DNA from: Deltaproteobacteria bacterium
GTDB taxonomy: Bacteria; Desulfobacterota; Dissulfuribacteria; Dissulfuribacterales; QOAL01
Reading direction: 5' to 3'
Length of the DNA: 55,818 nt
Assembly (NCBI GenBank): GCA_026991135.1
Contig: JALXCD010000095.1
Span: forward strand, 1 to 55,818
The translations under genes were made by a program, and so were the position numbers. Shown one piece after another: positions 1 to 11,399 of this stretch; position 1 is the first letter of the stretch, and every line of letters begins with the position of its first letter. A model generated the notes under the pieces. The model made no database searches. It was not told the DNA's origin and saw only the letters and a list, made by a program, of their open reading frames with translations.

Positions 1-89
1 CCTTTAAAGAAGACGGAAGGCCAGATTTTAACCATATCCCCTTTGCATTTTAACAGTTTGATTTTTGGCGGAATTTTTATAGAAGAATT

Positions 90-773
90 TTATAATAAAT
101 TAAATGACCTTAAAATTTCAGCAAATTCTTGATTTTTTCTGGCAAAGGCACGAAGAGCCCTAATAAAATCCTGAAGTCGTCCTTCCTTTTCTATGCGCTC
201 GATGGCCTCTTCTCTTGCCTGGCGGATAATTGTGCGCCTGTCCCAATAAGCAAAACCTATGACTGTAGCTGTAATAGTGGTGAAGATACCAGCTAATATC
301 CATAAAAAAGTTGTCAGCTGGTTAAATCGTTGGCCAACGTCATCGAAACGGTTATCTACTTGATCAAATCGCTCATTCACCTGATCAAACCTTTTATCTA
401 CCTGTTCAAATCGCTTATCCACTTGTTCAAACCTTTTATCTACTTGATCAAATCGTTTATCCACCTGCTCAAAATGTTTATCCACCTGTTCAAATCTTTT
501 ATCTACCTGCTCAAATCTCTTGTCAACCAATTCGAATCGTTTATCTATTTCTCTTTGTATTAGGGAAAGCCTTTTATCCATTTCAGAAAATCTTTTATCA
601 ATATAATAAATAACAAATTGCGTATCCTTAGAAAGTCCTGTTGGCAAAGGTATTTTATTCTCTTTTTGATTATCCAATGCAAAAAGGGAAGCTGGCGATA
701 GAAAGAGCGTTATAACAATAGCCAAAGAGAAGACAACTTTGATCGCTTTTTTAACAAGGGATTTCAAAGCCAT
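90..773 (-). CDS. Secreted/membrane-anchored coiled-coil protein with RFEQVDK heptad repeats
   Basis: 227-aa ORF. Signal-peptide-like N-terminus (...SPASLFA), about 10 heptads, then a hydrophobic helix (FLWILAGIFTTITATVIGFAYW) and a short charged tail. Confidence 0.8.
   Translation of the reverse strand: MALKSLVKKAIKVVFSLAIVITLFLSPASLFALDNQKENKIPLPTGLSKDTQFVIYYIDKRFSEMDKRLSLIQREIDKRFELVDKRFEQVDKRFEQVDKHFEQVDKRFDQVDKRFEQVDKRFEQVDKRFDQVNERFDQVDNRFDDVGQRFNQLTTFLWILAGIFTTITATVIGFAYWDRRTIIRQAREEAIERIEKEGRLQDFIRALRAFARKNQEFAEILRSFNLL
330..539 (-). repeat. Imperfect 21-bp in-frame tandem repeat, 10 units
   Basis: Units encode RFELVDK, RFEQVDK x2, HFEQVDK, RFDQVDK, RFEQVDK x2, RFDQVNE, RFDQVDN, RFDDVGQ; no spacers between units. 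Confidence 0.9.
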
Positions 774-897
774 TTTTCATGCCTCAATGGAATTTTAGCA
801 AGTCAACTAAAGTTTAGGCTTGTGAAGTATCTATGTCAATAAAATCTGATTTTTTGGTTGAAATTTTTAAACTAAAGACTATTGTCTTGACCTGTTT

Positions 898-914
898 TTG
901 AGAATCTTTTTCAA
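898..914. promoter_or_regulatory. Putative Fur box
   Basis: TTGAGAATCTTTTTCAA has 2 mismatches to the deltaproteobacterial Fur consensus WTGAAAATNATTTTCAW and lies about 30 nt upstream of an operon ending in feoB. Confidence 0.6.
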
Positions 915-943
915 TAAGATTTTTTAAAAAGGCCAGGAAGGAA

Positions 944-1819
944 ATGGAATCAATATCCAAGGTTAAAAAATTTGTGGTGTTTTTGGCACCTTTTTTTGTT
1001 TTCTTTTCAGCCGCTTCCCTTACCCAGGCATCCACAGGAAAAATCAAGGTCTGTGCCAGTATCCTTCCTCAAAGGTTTTTCATAGAAAAGATTGGCGGGG
1101 AAATGGTAGAGGCAGTGATCATGGTGCCCCCATGGGCAAGCCCTGCCACCTACGAGCCAAGGCCAAGGGAATTAAGGGCTCTTTTAAATTCAAGGCTCTA
1201 TTTTGCAATAGGTGTCCCATTTGAAAGGCAATGGCTTAAGAGGTTTCTTGGCATAAATCCCAAGATAAAGATTGTTCATACTGAAAAAGACATAAGGCTT
1301 TTTCCCATATCAAATGAATCTTCATCAAAAAAGGGCATACTTGACCCCCATGTCTGGCTTGCGCCTAACCTTGTAATGCTTCAGGCAAGAAGGATATTTA
1401 TGGCCCTAAAGGAAAATTACCCTGAATATTCAAAGGAATTTGAGAAAAACTACGCCTCCTTTATATCAGAGCTTGTAGGGCTTGATCTAAAGATTTCAAG
1501 GATCCTTTCGCCCCTAAAGGGTAAATATGTCCTAGTTTTTCACCCTTCATGGGGCTATTTTCTAAGGGCCTATGGCCTTAGGCAGATAGCCATAGAAAGG
1601 GAAGGTAAGACCCCAAAGGGCTCTGAACTTGTAAGGCTTTCAAGGTTTATAAAGGAAAAAGGGATAAAGGCCGTCTTTTTCCAGCCCCAGTTTTCAAAAA
1701 GATATGCCCTTTCCATTGGAGAGTCCCTTAACTTAAAGGTGATAGAGCTTGATCCTTTGGCCCCTAACTGGGAGGACAATCTTTTAAAGGCAGCCAAAAT
1801 GATAAGGGATGCAAACTGA
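944..1819 (+). CDS. znuA: Cluster A-I (Zn/Mn/Fe) ABC transporter substrate-binding protein
   Basis: Signal peptide, SPATYEP, DPHVWL and FHPSWGYF motifs; followed by ATPase and permease. Confidence 0.85.
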   Translation: MESISKVKKFVVFLAPFFVFFSAASLTQASTGKIKVCASILPQRFFIEKIGGEMVEAVIMVPPWASPATYEPRPRELRALLNSRLYFAIGVPFERQWLKRFLGINPKIKIVHTEKDIRLFPISNESSSKKGILDPHVWLAPNLVMLQARRIFMALKENYPEYSKEFEKNYASFISELVGLDLKISRILSPLKGKYVLVFHPSWGYFLRAYGLRQIAIEREGKTPKGSELVRLSRFIKEKGIKAVFFQPQFSKRYALSIGESLNLKVIELDPLAPNWEDNLLKAAKMIRDAN

Positions 1820-2585
1820 TACTATGGATAAAAGGACGGTTATTGAGCTTAATCATGTGGAGTTTTCCTTTAATAAGGCCCCTGTCCTAATGGATGTGAA
1901 CGTAAAGATCCTTGAGGGAGATTTTGTGGCCATAATTGGCCCAAATGGAGGTGGAAAGACAACCCTTGTTAAATTGATATTGGGGCTTTTAAAGCCTACA
2001 AGGGGCCATGTGTTTCTTCTTGGGGAGAGGCCGGAAAAGACCTCCTTTCGTACTGGCTACATGCCCCAGTATGCCACGGGCGAAAAGGGCTTTCCAATAA
2101 CTGTCCTTGAAGTGGTCCTTTTGGGAAGGCTTGGGCTTACCAAAAAGGGTCCCTTTTTTTCAAATGCCGATATCAAAAAGGCAAAAGAGGTCCTTGGGCT
2201 CGTGGGCATGGACGGCCTTTTTAAGAAAAAGGTTGGGGACCTTTCAGGCGGCCAGCTTCAAAGGGTTCTTCTTGCAAGGGCCCTTGTCAGTGACCCTGAG
2301 ATACTTTTTTTGGATGAACCCATGGCAAGTATAGATGTTGGAGGCCAGGAAAGGCTCTTTGACCTTTTGGGAAGGCTTAATGAAAGGATGACCATAGTAT
2401 TTGTAACCCATGATGTGGGGCTCTTATCAAAATATGTAAAGTCTGTAATTTGCGTAAATCAAAGGGTGTATTTTCATAATGCCCCAGAAATAACCAAGGA
2501 CATGTCAAGGCTTCTAATGGCAGAAAGCTGCCCAATGGAACTTGTGGCCCACGGATTTCCACATAGGGTCCTAGGAAAGCATTAA
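1809..2585 (+). CDS. znuC: Metal ABC transporter ATPase (start may be 1824)
   Basis: Walker A GPNGGGKT, LSGGQ signature, LDEP, C-terminal CPMELVAHGFPH. Confidence 0.88.
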   Translation: MQTDTMDKRTVIELNHVEFSFNKAPVLMDVNVKILEGDFVAIIGPNGGGKTTLVKLILGLLKPTRGHVFLLGERPEKTSFRTGYMPQYATGEKGFPITVLEVVLLGRLGLTKKGPFFSNADIKKAKEVLGLVGMDGLFKKKVGDLSGGQLQRVLLARALVSDPEILFLDEPMASIDVGGQERLFDLLGRLNERMTIVFVTHDVGLLSKYVKSVICVNQRVYFHNAPEITKDMSRLLMAESCPMELVAHGFPHRVLGKH

Positions 2586-2605
2586 ATAGGAAGGCACTAA
2601 ACAAA

Positions 2606-3448
2606 ATGGAAATACTTAACCTTCCATTTATGCAGCATGCCATCATTGCAGGGATCCTTTCAAGTATTGCCTGCGGGATAATGGGGTCTCTTGTGGTTGT
2701 GAACCGGTCTGTCTTTTTGGCAGGAGGCATTGCACATGCAGCCTATGGAGGAGTGGGCCTGGCATTTTTTCTGGCCCTTCCGCCCCTTCCATGCATAATC
2801 GGTTTTAGCACCTTTATGGCCTTTCTAATAGGGGCCCTGACCCTTAGAAAGAGACAAAGGCTTGACGCCATGATAGGGGTCCTTTGGGCACTGGGGATGG
2901 CCATTGGGATAATCCTTACTGATCTAACCCCTGGCTACAATGTTGATCTAATGAGCTTTCTTTTTGGAAGCATCCTCACTGTTCCAAGGTCAGACCTCAT
3001 TGTAATGTTTTTGGTAGATGCATTTGTGATAGTCACGGTTATCTATTTTTACAAGGAATTTTTGGCCATAAGCCATGATTTTGAATTTTCAAAGGTCCGT
3101 GGTGTAAAGGTTGCGCCCTTGCATCTTTTGTTTCTTGTCCTGGTTGCCCTTTGTGTAGTCATAACCATAAGGGTGGTGGGGCTTATTCTAATAATGGCAC
3201 TTTTTTCCATTGCCCCCTATATCTCGGAACGATATTCATGCTCCCTTTTTGATATGATGATAAAATCCATCATCCTAAACCTTTTTTTTGTCTTTTTGGG
3301 TCTGTATCTGTCCTACAGATTTGATCTAACAAGTGGTGCCACAATAATACTTGTGGCAAGCATCTTTTTCTTTTTAGTATTTGGTTTTGAAGCATGCCTT
3401 TCATTTTTTAAAGGTTCACGATTTTATGGGGGGTTATCAGATGGATAG
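2606..3448 (+). CDS. znuB: Metal ABC transporter permease
   Basis: Hydrophobic protein with GGIAHAAYGG and SFLFGSIL ABC-3 motifs. Confidence 0.88.
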   Translation: MEILNLPFMQHAIIAGILSSIACGIMGSLVVVNRSVFLAGGIAHAAYGGVGLAFFLALPPLPCIIGFSTFMAFLIGALTLRKRQRLDAMIGVLWALGMAIGIILTDLTPGYNVDLMSFLFGSILTVPRSDLIVMFLVDAFVIVTVIYFYKEFLAISHDFEFSKVRGVKVAPLHLLFLVLVALCVVITIRVVGLILIMALFSIAPYISERYSCSLFDMMIKSIILNLFFVFLGLYLSYRFDLTSGATIILVASIFFFLVFGFEACLSFFKGSRFYGGLSDG

Positions 3449-3878
3449 GGATATGGATAAGACAGTCAGATATGTAACAGAGCACATAAAAAAACACGAC
3501 CGACTCGTTGATCTATTTGATATGGAGATAATTGAAACTGGTCCGGGTTTTTCCAGACTCAGCATGAAGGTAGGGGATAATCACCTTAATGCCGCAAATC
3601 TATGTCATGGAGCAGTGCTCTTTGCCCTGGCAGATGTGGCCTTTGCCCTTGCTGTAAACTGTCATGGAAAGATGGCTCTGGCAATTGAGGCGGCCATGAA
3701 CTATTTCAGACCTGTAAGACCTGGGCAGAAGGTAATTTGTGAGTGCAGGGAGCTTTTTCAAGGAAGAAGGACAGGGACCTATCAGGCAGAACTTTTCAAC
3801 GAAGATAACAAAAAGGTGGCTTTTTTTAAGGCCACGGCCTTTCGAGTAGATGAAGAGCCTGTAAAGAGACAAGGGTAA
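3441..3878 (+). CDS. PaaI-family hotdog-fold thioesterase
   Basis: HLNAANLCHGAVLFALAD hotdog motif. Start chosen at ATG 3441, overlapping the znuB stop (3453 is an alternative). Confidence 0.85.
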   Translation: MDRDMDKTVRYVTEHIKKHDRLVDLFDMEIIETGPGFSRLSMKVGDNHLNAANLCHGAVLFALADVAFALAVNCHGKMALAIEAAMNYFRPVRPGQKVICECRELFQGRRTGTYQAELFNEDNKKVAFFKATAFRVDEEPVKRQG

Positions 3879-3880
3879 AA

Positions 3881-6040
3881 ATGGAAGGGAAAAGGGAACT
3901 GGTCATAGCCCTTTCCGGAAATCCAAATGCCGGAAAGACCACCATATTTAACCAACTTACCGGTGCAAGGCAAAAGGTGGGCAACTGGTCCGGGGTTACT
4001 GTTGAAAAAAAGGAGGGAAAGCTTACCCATAAGGGCTATGAGATTACTGTGGTAGACCTTCCTGGCATCTATTCCCTTACAGCCTATTCCATAGAAGAGG
4101 TGGTGGCGAGAAATTTCATCCTTGAGGAACACCCTGATGTTGTGGTCGATATCCTTGATGCCTCCAACCTTGAACGAAACCTCTACCTTGCCGTCCAGTT
4201 AATTGAGCTAAATATACCCCTTGTCTTTGCCATGAACATGGTGGATGTGGCAAAGGCAAGGGGCATTGTCATTGATTATGACCAGCTTTCAAGGCTTTTG
4301 GGGGTTCCCATTGTAAAGACTGTTGGCACAAGGGGTGAAGGGATAGAAGAGCTCCTTGATATGGTCATCAAGATCTCAAAGGGCGAGGCAAAGGCCTCAA
4401 GGCACATCCATATCAACTACGGAAAAGAGATTGAAGAAGAGATCAAAAAGATTAGACAGATCCTCAAAAAGGACCCTAAACTCAACAAAAGCTATTATCC
4501 AAGGTGGTTTGCCCTAAAGCTCCTTGAAGGGGATAGGGTGGTAGAGGAAAGGGCAAAAAGGTCCCCAATAGGTGAAGAGCTTTTAAGGGCAGTAGAAGAG
4601 AGCAAAAAGCGGGTCTTTGATCTATTTGAAGAAGAACCTGAAACAATTATTGCAGAGGCCCGTTATGGCTTTATTTCAGGGGCCCTTAAGGAGACCATGC
4701 GCCTTTCGGCCGCTGCCAAAAAGACCATCTCTGACAAGATCGACCAGGTCCTTACCAACAGGCTCCTAGGGTTCCCTGTATTTATCTTTTTCATGTACAT
4801 GTTATTTCAGGCCACCTTTACCCTTGGGGCCTATCCGGTTGAATGGATAGAAAAGGGGGTTGAGCTTCTTTCCCAGGTTGTGACAAATGTCATGCCGCCG
4901 GGCCTTTTAAGGGACATGGTTGTTGATGGAATAATAAGCGGGGTTGGCGGTGTCATTGTCTTTTTGCCAAATATCCTACTCCTTTTTTTGGGAATAAGCC
5001 TTTTTGAGGATACGGGTTACATGGCAAGGGCGGCCTTTATTATGGATAGGATCATGCACACTCTTGGCCTTCACGGAAAGTCCTTTATCCCACTTCTTAT
5101 GGGGTTTGGCTGTAATGTCCCTGCCATAATGGCAACAAGGACCCTTGAAAGCAGAAAGGACAGGATTCTTACAATCCTCATTAACCCCCTTATGAGCTGT
5201 TCCGCCAGGCTTCCTGTATATGTCCTTATTGCAGGCGCATTTTTCTCAAAATATGCCGGAGACGTGATCTTTGGTATTTACCTTTTGGGCATCATCCTTG
5301 CCATAATCATGGGCCAGATATTTAGAAAGACACTTTTTAAGGGTGAAACCGCCCCCTTTGTCCTTGAGCTTCCGCCCTATAGACTTCCAACCATAAAAAG
5401 TGTTGTCATACACATGTGGGACAATGCAAAGGTCTATCTCCAGAAGATGGGAGGAGTTGTCCTTGCCTTTTCCATTGTAATCTGGTTCCTAGGGGCCTTT
5501 CCCAAAGATATCAAATACAGCATTGATTATGATTTAAAGATAAAGGCACTTGAAACAAAGATATCCCAAAAGGGCCTTCAGAATAAAGAACTTCAATCCA
5601 TTCAAGAAGAAATCACTAGACTTGAAAAGGCAAAGGAGGAGGAAAGGCTTTCAAAAAGCTATATTGGAAGGCTTGGAAGGGCCATTGAGCCAGTTATTCG
5701 GCCCTTGGGCTTTGACTGGAAGCTAGGGGTAAGCCTTATAACCGGCTTTGTTGCAAAGGAGGTTGTGGTTAGCACAATGGGGGTCCTTTACCAGACAGGG
5801 GAGGATGAAAACGGGCTTAAGGATGCCATAAGAAATAGCGGGATAGATAAATGCTCTGCCCTTGCCTTTATGGTCTTTGTCCTTGTTTATGTTCCATGCA
5901 TGGTTTCCCTGGTAACAATATGGAAAGAGACAGGCTCCTTGGCATGGACATTTTTCTCAATAGGATATCTCATGTCCCTTGCCTGGATCATGGCCTATCT
6001 GGTAAGGTTTGTGTCACACCTTTTCTTTACATGTCCTTGA
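3881..6040 (+). CDS. feoB: Ferrous iron transporter FeoB
   Basis: G1 GNPNAGKT, DLPG, NMVD; membrane motifs GFGCNVPA, MSCSARLPVY, YVPC. Confidence 0.97.
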   Translation: MEGKRELVIALSGNPNAGKTTIFNQLTGARQKVGNWSGVTVEKKEGKLTHKGYEITVVDLPGIYSLTAYSIEEVVARNFILEEHPDVVVDILDASNLERNLYLAVQLIELNIPLVFAMNMVDVAKARGIVIDYDQLSRLLGVPIVKTVGTRGEGIEELLDMVIKISKGEAKASRHIHINYGKEIEEEIKKIRQILKKDPKLNKSYYPRWFALKLLEGDRVVEERAKRSPIGEELLRAVEESKKRVFDLFEEEPETIIAEARYGFISGALKETMRLSAAAKKTISDKIDQVLTNRLLGFPVFIFFMYMLFQATFTLGAYPVEWIEKGVELLSQVVTNVMPPGLLRDMVVDGIISGVGGVIVFLPNILLLFLGISLFEDTGYMARAAFIMDRIMHTLGLHGKSFIPLLMGFGCNVPAIMATRTLESRKDRILTILINPLMSCSARLPVYVLIAGAFFSKYAGDVIFGIYLLGIILAIIMGQIFRKTLFKGETAPFVLELPPYRLPTIKSVVIHMWDNAKVYLQKMGGVVLAFSIVIWFLGAFPKDIKYSIDYDLKIKALETKISQKGLQNKELQSIQEEITRLEKAKEEERLSKSYIGRLGRAIEPVIRPLGFDWKLGVSLITGFVAKEVVVSTMGVLYQTGEDENGLKDAIRNSGIDKCSALAFMVFVLVYVPCMVSLVTIWKETGSLAWTFFSIGYLMSLAWIMAYLVRFVSHLFFTCP

Positions 6041-9000
6041 TTTTGGAATATTTCCGAATTTTAAGCTTTTCTGTTCCAAATATTCCTTGAGCGCCCTTCC
6101 TGTCTTTGTCCCCTTTTCCAAAAGGCCTTCCAGGGGACCCTGGTAAAGGAGTTTTCCGCCAAACCTTCCACCCCCTGGGCCAAGGTCAATTATCCATTGG
6201 GCCCTGCTGATTAGTGCAAGATTATGTTCCACTACCACAACTGTATTTCCTAAATCCACAAGCCTTTTAAGACAATCCGATAGCCTTTTTACATCCTCAA
6301 AATGAAGCCCAACACTTGGCTCATCAAGTAGATAGAGCTTTTTTGCCCCTTCTCCCTTTGAAAGCTCCTTTGCAATCTTTATCCTTTGGGCCTCTCCGCC
6401 TGAAAGGGTTGGGCTCTGCTGCCCCAAGGTAAGATACCCTAGGCCAAGGTCCCTTAGGGCCTCAAGCCTTTTCCTAATACCTGGTATTGCCCTAAAATGT
6501 TCAAGGGCCTCATTCACAGTAAGACTCAGGACATCACTTATATTTAGCCCCTTCCAAGTGCAGCCAAGACTCTTTTCATTGAACCTCTTGCCCAGGCAGA
6601 CTTCGCAGGTTGTAAGGACATCTGGTAAAAGCCCAAGTTTCTGCCTTATAACCCCCTGTCCCTTGCAACCAGGGCACATCCCTTCCTTTGTATTAAAGGA
6701 AAAATGGGATGCATTAAGTCCATTCATCCTTGCAAGGGGTGTTCTTGAAAAAAGGTGTCTTATCTCTGAAAAAAGCCCAACAAAGGTTGCCGGGCAGGAA
6801 CGAGGTGTCCTTCCGATTGGGCTGTGATCTATCTCATAGATGGTCTTAATCTCATCTGCCCCTAAAATCCTTCCTACCTTTATATCTTCCTTCCCTTTTA
6901 TCCTGGCAAGGACCCTTTCAAGGAGGGTGGTCTTTCCTGAGCCAGATACCCCGGTGATAAATGTTAGGGAATTTAAGGGAATTTTTATGTCTATATCCTT
7001 GAGATTATTTTCTGAAATGGATTTAACTTCAAGCCACTTGATCTCCTTTCCAAAGGTTACGCCTTTTTCCCTCTTAATTGGTGCCAAAAAGGCCCTTGCA
7101 GTCTTTGACTCCTTACACCTTAAAAGCCCTTTAAAATCTCCTGAAAAGATAACCTCGCCCCCCTCTTTTCCTCCGCCAGGTCCAAGATCAACAATAAAAT
7201 CCCCTTCCCTTATGGTATCTTCATCGTGTTCCACCACAATTACACTATTTCCAAGAGTTGAAAGCCTCTTTAGGCTATTTATCAGGCGCCTGTTGTCAGC
7301 GGGATGAAGGCCAATTGTTGGTTCATCAAGGACGATCGTAAGGCCAGTAAGGGATGAGGCCATCTGGCTTGAAAGCCTTATCCTTTGGGCCTCTCCCCCT
7401 GAAAGGCTTTCCCCTGACCTATCTAGGCTTAGATATCCAAGGCCAAGTTCATTCATAGTCTTTAGACGAAAGATGATCTCTTCAAATAAAAGCCTTGAAA
7501 GCTCCCTTTTTTCAGAAAAATCCCCTTTTAAAAGCCTTTTAAAAAAGGTAAGGGCCTCATTTATCTCCATGGAAAAGATATCTGAGATGTTTTTCCCATC
7601 TATCTTCCAAAAAAGGGCCTCTTTACTGAGTCTTGAGCCGTTACAAAGATCACAGGGACTTCCATCATCCTGGGTGCCAAGCCCAAGGCATTGGGGGCAG
7701 CGGCCTGACTTTGTATGAAATGAAAAAAGAAGCGGGTCTGGTGATGGCAGAGATATAAGACAGGTCTTGCAAAAATACCTGGTGCTAAGGGGAATTTCCT
7801 CCCCGTCCTTTTCAATAAAAAACTCCCCTGAACCCAGGGTCAGAAATCGGGAAATATCTTCCCCAGAAAGACCCTTATGATCCCTTTTAAATGGGCCAAA
7901 TACCCAGTCAATGGTATGTTCTCTATATCTTGAAAGGGGCACACTTTCCCCCTTTTTAAAAAACCTTCCATCCACCCTCACCTCCTCTGCACCAATGCCA
8001 AAGCCCCTTTTTATCTCTTCCTGGTGCCATCCCTTTCTGTTTTTTATCCTGGGGACAATTATCCTTGCATCCCCCTTTGACAAAAGCATCCTTGCAGTTT
8101 CAATGATCTTTTCTTTTGGCACCCTTTTCATCTCCTTTTTGCACTTTGGGCAAAAGGGGCTTGAGAGATTTGAAAAGCAAAGCCTCATGTAATGAGCAAC
8201 TTCACTTAGGGTTGCCACTGTGGACATGGGGCTTCCACGGCTGTTTTTCTGCTCAATGGCAACGGAAGGGCTAAGGCCCTCTATTTCATCCACATCAAAC
8301 CTTTCAAATAGCCTTACAAACTGCTTCATATAGGAAGGAAGGCTTTCAAGGTATCTTCTTTGGGCCTCTTTAAATATCAGGTCAAAGGCAAGGGATGATT
8401 TCCCTGAGCCAGAGACCCCTGTTATCACCACAAACCTTCCCTTTGGGATGTCTATATTTATGGATTTAAGATTATGGTGCCTTGCCCCCCTTATCTTTAT
8501 AACATCCCTTTTAATTTCCTTTTGAATAGACCTATTTGGTGAGACAGGGCCCTTTACGGGTTCCTCTTTTTTCCTTTTAAAAAAGCGGCTTGTTGGCGTA
8601 TCAATCCTCAAAAGATTATAGGGCGGGCCTTCATAAAGAACCCTTCCACCCCTTTCACCACCTTCTGGACCTAGCTCAATGACCCAATCGCTTCTTGCTA
8701 TTACAGAAAGATCATGTTCTACAACTACTATGGTATTTCCAAGCCCCCTTAGCCTTTCAAGCTCCTTTAAAAGTCCCCTTATCTCCCTTGGGTGAAGTCC
8801 CTTTGTGGGTTCATCTATGATGAAAAGGGTCCTTTCTCCGCCTTTTCCCATTAAAAGTCCCTTTGAGATCTTTAGCCTTTGGGCCTCTCCGCCTGAAAGG
8901 GTGTTAAGGGGTTGACCTAAAAGAAGATGAGAAAGTCCAAGGCCTAGTGCAGGAGAAATGGCCCTTTGGATGGATTTTTCATCCTTAAAGAATTCCCCAA

Positions 9001-11257
9001 CCTCCCTAAGGGTCATGTTCAAAAAATCATGTATGTTTTTCCCCTTATGCTCTATCAAAAGGGCCTTTTCCCCAAATCTTTTCCCCTTGCATGCCGGGCA
9101 GGTAAGCATCATGTCAGGCAAAAACTGCATCTCCACCAATTCGTAACCCTGGCCCTTGCATTCAGGGCATCTTCCTCCATCCACATTCAATGAAAAAAAG
9201 CCAGGGGTTAAGGAAAGGGCCCTTGCGGCCTCCTCCTTAGAAAGGATTTTTCTTATTGGGTCAAGTATCTTTAAATACGTGCCAGGGCAGGCCCTTGGTG
9301 TCTTTGTTATGGGCTCTTGGTTAATAAAAACTATTTTCTCAAAGTAATTTTCCCCTACAATCTCATCAAATTTTCCAACTTGCTGGGCCGGAAGCCCCTT
9401 TTTTCTTAAAAGGCCCCCGTAGAGACAGGTTTCGATAAGGGTGGATTTGCCAGAGCCAGATACGCCGCAAACACAGGTTATTGCGCCAACAGGAAACCTG
9501 CAGTCAACTGACTTTAGGTTATTCTCCCTTGCACCCTTAATTACTAAAAAGTCCTTAAAATCCCCTTTTGTCTTCCTTAAGAAGGTATTTGGTAAATGGT
9601 CATCCTTTTTATCCTCTTCATCCTTTACCAAATAACCCCCTTCCTTGCCTGAGCCTGGACCAAGGCCAATTATCATATCAGCCCCCCTTTTTAAAAAGGG
9701 GTCGTTTTCAACCATAAGGACCGTATTTTTTGCCTCTTTTAGCCCTGAAATGACTCCAGAGAGTCCCTCTATGTCCCTTGGATGAAGGCCACTTGAGGGT
9801 TCATCAAGGCAGTAAAGGGTCTCTGAAAGCCTTGTGGACACACCCTTTGAAAGGCAAAGCCTAGAAAGCTCACCTCCTGAAAGCGTCCTTGAGGCCCTTT
9901 CAAGTGTAAGATAGGTTAAGCCTGCACCCTTTATGGTCTTTAACCTTGTCTTAAGGTCAAAAAGGAGATTTTCTGATGCCTTGTTAAGCTTTATCTCCCT
10001 TTCAAGCCCTTCACACCAGGATATGGCTTCATGGATGTTGAATCTGTAAAATTCCCCAATATGAATCCCATATAATCTAAAGGAGCGAGCCATTTCATTA
10101 AATCTGGTCCCGTCACATGAAGGGCACCTTTTATAGGCCCTATATCTTGAAAGGAGTATGCGGATGTGGGCCTTGTACCTTTTGGTCTCAAGCCAGTCAA
10201 AAATCTCCTTTATTCCATACCAGTCACCTCTTCCAAAGATAATGGCATCCCTTTGCTCCTCGGTCAGTCCCTTCCAAGGTCGATCAAGGGGAATGCCCTC
10301 TTCAATGCAAAAATCAAATAAAATCTCCTTTTCTTCCGGCCAGTTTTCTAAGGGCCTTATTGCACCGTCTTCAAGGCTTAGGGCCTTATTGGGGATAACA
10401 AGGTCCCAGTCGATTTCAATGACCCTTCCAAAACCACTGCAGGTGGGGCATGCCCCTTTAGGGCTGTTAAAAGAAAAAAGAAGTGGACTAGTCCTTTTGG
10501 GCTGGTATTTGCATTTTGGACAGGTCCAGTTGCTGAAAAATTCAATGTTTTTTCCATCAATTAAAAGAGAGATCTTTCCATTTCCCAGATTAAAACCTGT
10601 TTCAACAGCCTCCCTTACCCTTTCTAACCTTATCTCCTTTAAAGAAAATCTTTCAATTACAAGAAAAAGTTCCTTTTCTTGGGAAAGCTCGTGCCAGAAT
10701 CCATCAATAAATGAAAGGTCAATGGTTTTTCCCTTGTAAATTGCCCTTTGAAAGCCCTGTTCCCTAAAGGCCGGAAGTCTATCTGAGGAGGTATTAATGG
10801 CAATAATTGCCCTTTTTACCCCTGATTTTTGGGCATCGAGCATCCTTTTAAAACAGTCTTCAGCACTGTCTTTTCTAAGAGAGATTTTGCACTTGGGACA
10901 AAAGGGAATGGCATTTTTAAAAAAGAGCATCCTTACTGGATATGTGATCTCAGAAAGGGTGGCAACGGTTGATCTTGAGTTTTTTACAGGGTTTGCCTGA
11001 GAGATGGCAATTGCCGCTGGCAGGTTTTTAATCTCCCTTATTTTGGGCCGCGGAAGCCTTTCAAGAAACTGCCTAGCATAGGGAGAAAAGGTCTCTATGT
11101 ATCTTCTTTGGGATTCTGCATAGATGGTATCAAAGACAAGGGTCGATTTTCCTGCACCAGAAGGCCCGCTAACACATATTATGCTATTTAATGGAATCTC
11201 AAGGTCTAGGTCCTTAAGATTGTGTTCCTTTGCACCTTTTATAACCAGATTTTTCAT
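6014..11257 (-). CDS. uvrA: Double-length excinuclease ABC subunit A (two fused UvrA units)
   Basis: 1747 aa; four Walker A motifs ([16 protein letters not shown] x2, GVSGSGKT), four LSGGE signatures, multiple CxxC zinc-finger pairs. Confidence 0.93.
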   Translation of the reverse strand: MKNLVIKGAKEHNLKDLDLEIPLNSIICVSGPSGAGKSTLVFDTIYAESQRRYIETFSPYARQFLERLPRPKIREIKNLPAAIAISQANPVKNSRSTVATLSEITYPVRMLFFKNAIPFCPKCKISLRKDSAEDCFKRMLDAQKSGVKRAIIAINTSSDRLPAFREQGFQRAIYKGKTIDLSFIDGFWHELSQEKELFLVIERFSLKEIRLERVREAVETGFNLGNGKISLLIDGKNIEFFSNWTCPKCKYQPKRTSPLLFSFNSPKGACPTCSGFGRVIEIDWDLVIPNKALSLEDGAIRPLENWPEEKEILFDFCIEEGIPLDRPWKGLTEEQRDAIIFGRGDWYGIKEIFDWLETKRYKAHIRILLSRYRAYKRCPSCDGTRFNEMARSFRLYGIHIGEFYRFNIHEAISWCEGLEREIKLNKASENLLFDLKTRLKTIKGAGLTYLTLERASRTLSGGELSRLCLSKGVSTRLSETLYCLDEPSSGLHPRDIEGLSGVISGLKEAKNTVLMVENDPFLKRGADMIIGLGPGSGKEGGYLVKDEEDKKDDHLPNTFLRKTKGDFKDFLVIKGARENNLKSVDCRFPVGAITCVCGVSGSGKSTLIETCLYGGLLRKKGLPAQQVGKFDEIVGENYFEKIVFINQEPITKTPRACPGTYLKILDPIRKILSKEEAARALSLTPGFFSLNVDGGRCPECKGQGYELVEMQFLPDMMLTCPACKGKRFGEKALLIEHKGKNIHDFLNMTLREVGEFFKDEKSIQRAISPALGLGLSHLLLGQPLNTLSGGEAQRLKISKGLLMGKGGERTLFIIDEPTKGLHPREIRGLLKELERLRGLGNTIVVVEHDLSVIARSDWVIELGPEGGERGGRVLYEGPPYNLLRIDTPTSRFFKRKKEEPVKGPVSPNRSIQKEIKRDVIKIRGARHHNLKSINIDIPKGRFVVITGVSGSGKSSLAFDLIFKEAQRRYLESLPSYMKQFVRLFERFDVDEIEGLSPSVAIEQKNSRGSPMSTVATLSEVAHYMRLCFSNLSSPFCPKCKKEMKRVPKEKIIETARMLLSKGDARIIVPRIKNRKGWHQEEIKRGFGIGAEEVRVDGRFFKKGESVPLSRYREHTIDWVFGPFKRDHKGLSGEDISRFLTLGSGEFFIEKDGEEIPLSTRYFCKTCLISLPSPDPLLFSFHTKSGRCPQCLGLGTQDDGSPCDLCNGSRLSKEALFWKIDGKNISDIFSMEINEALTFFKRLLKGDFSEKRELSRLLFEEIIFRLKTMNELGLGYLSLDRSGESLSGGEAQRIRLSSQMASSLTGLTIVLDEPTIGLHPADNRRLINSLKRLSTLGNSVIVVEHDEDTIREGDFIVDLGPGGGKEGGEVIFSGDFKGLLRCKESKTARAFLAPIKREKGVTFGKEIKWLEVKSISENNLKDIDIKIPLNSLTFITGVSGSGKTTLLERVLARIKGKEDIKVGRILGADEIKTIYEIDHSPIGRTPRSCPATFVGLFSEIRHLFSRTPLARMNGLNASHFSFNTKEGMCPGCKGQGVIRQKLGLLPDVLTTCEVCLGKRFNEKSLGCTWKGLNISDVLSLTVNEALEHFRAIPGIRKRLEALRDLGLGYLTLGQQSPTLSGGEAQRIKIAKELSKGEGAKKLYLLDEPSVGLHFEDVKRLSDCLKRLVDLGNTVVVVEHNLALISRAQWIIDLGPGGGRFGGKLLYQGPLEGLLEKGTKTGRALKEYLEQKSLKFGNIPKSRTCKEKV

Positions 11258-11399
11258 TTTAAAAACAATGTAAATGGGCTAACAAAAAATATAATAATAA
11301 ACCTTATTCCCTCAAATAGGCCTTGATTCTTTTTAGAACAGCTTGCCCATATTTTTATCATGCGGTAGATTTTTGAAAAATCCTATTGGAGAGAAATAG

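Noticed and set aside
330-539. Possible CRISPR array
   Set aside because: Units are contiguous 21-mers with no unique spacers, vary mostly at synonymous positions and lie in frame in a gene; no cas genes in the window.
330-563. Plus-strand 77-aa repetitive ORF
   Set aside because: Antisense shadow of the heptad repeat; the minus-strand ORF has the signal peptide and TM helix.
6558-11000. Numerous plus-strand ORFs inside uvrA, and similar antisense ORFs across fab, nuo and eno
   Set aside because: Shadow frames of well-supported genes with no recognisable motifs.
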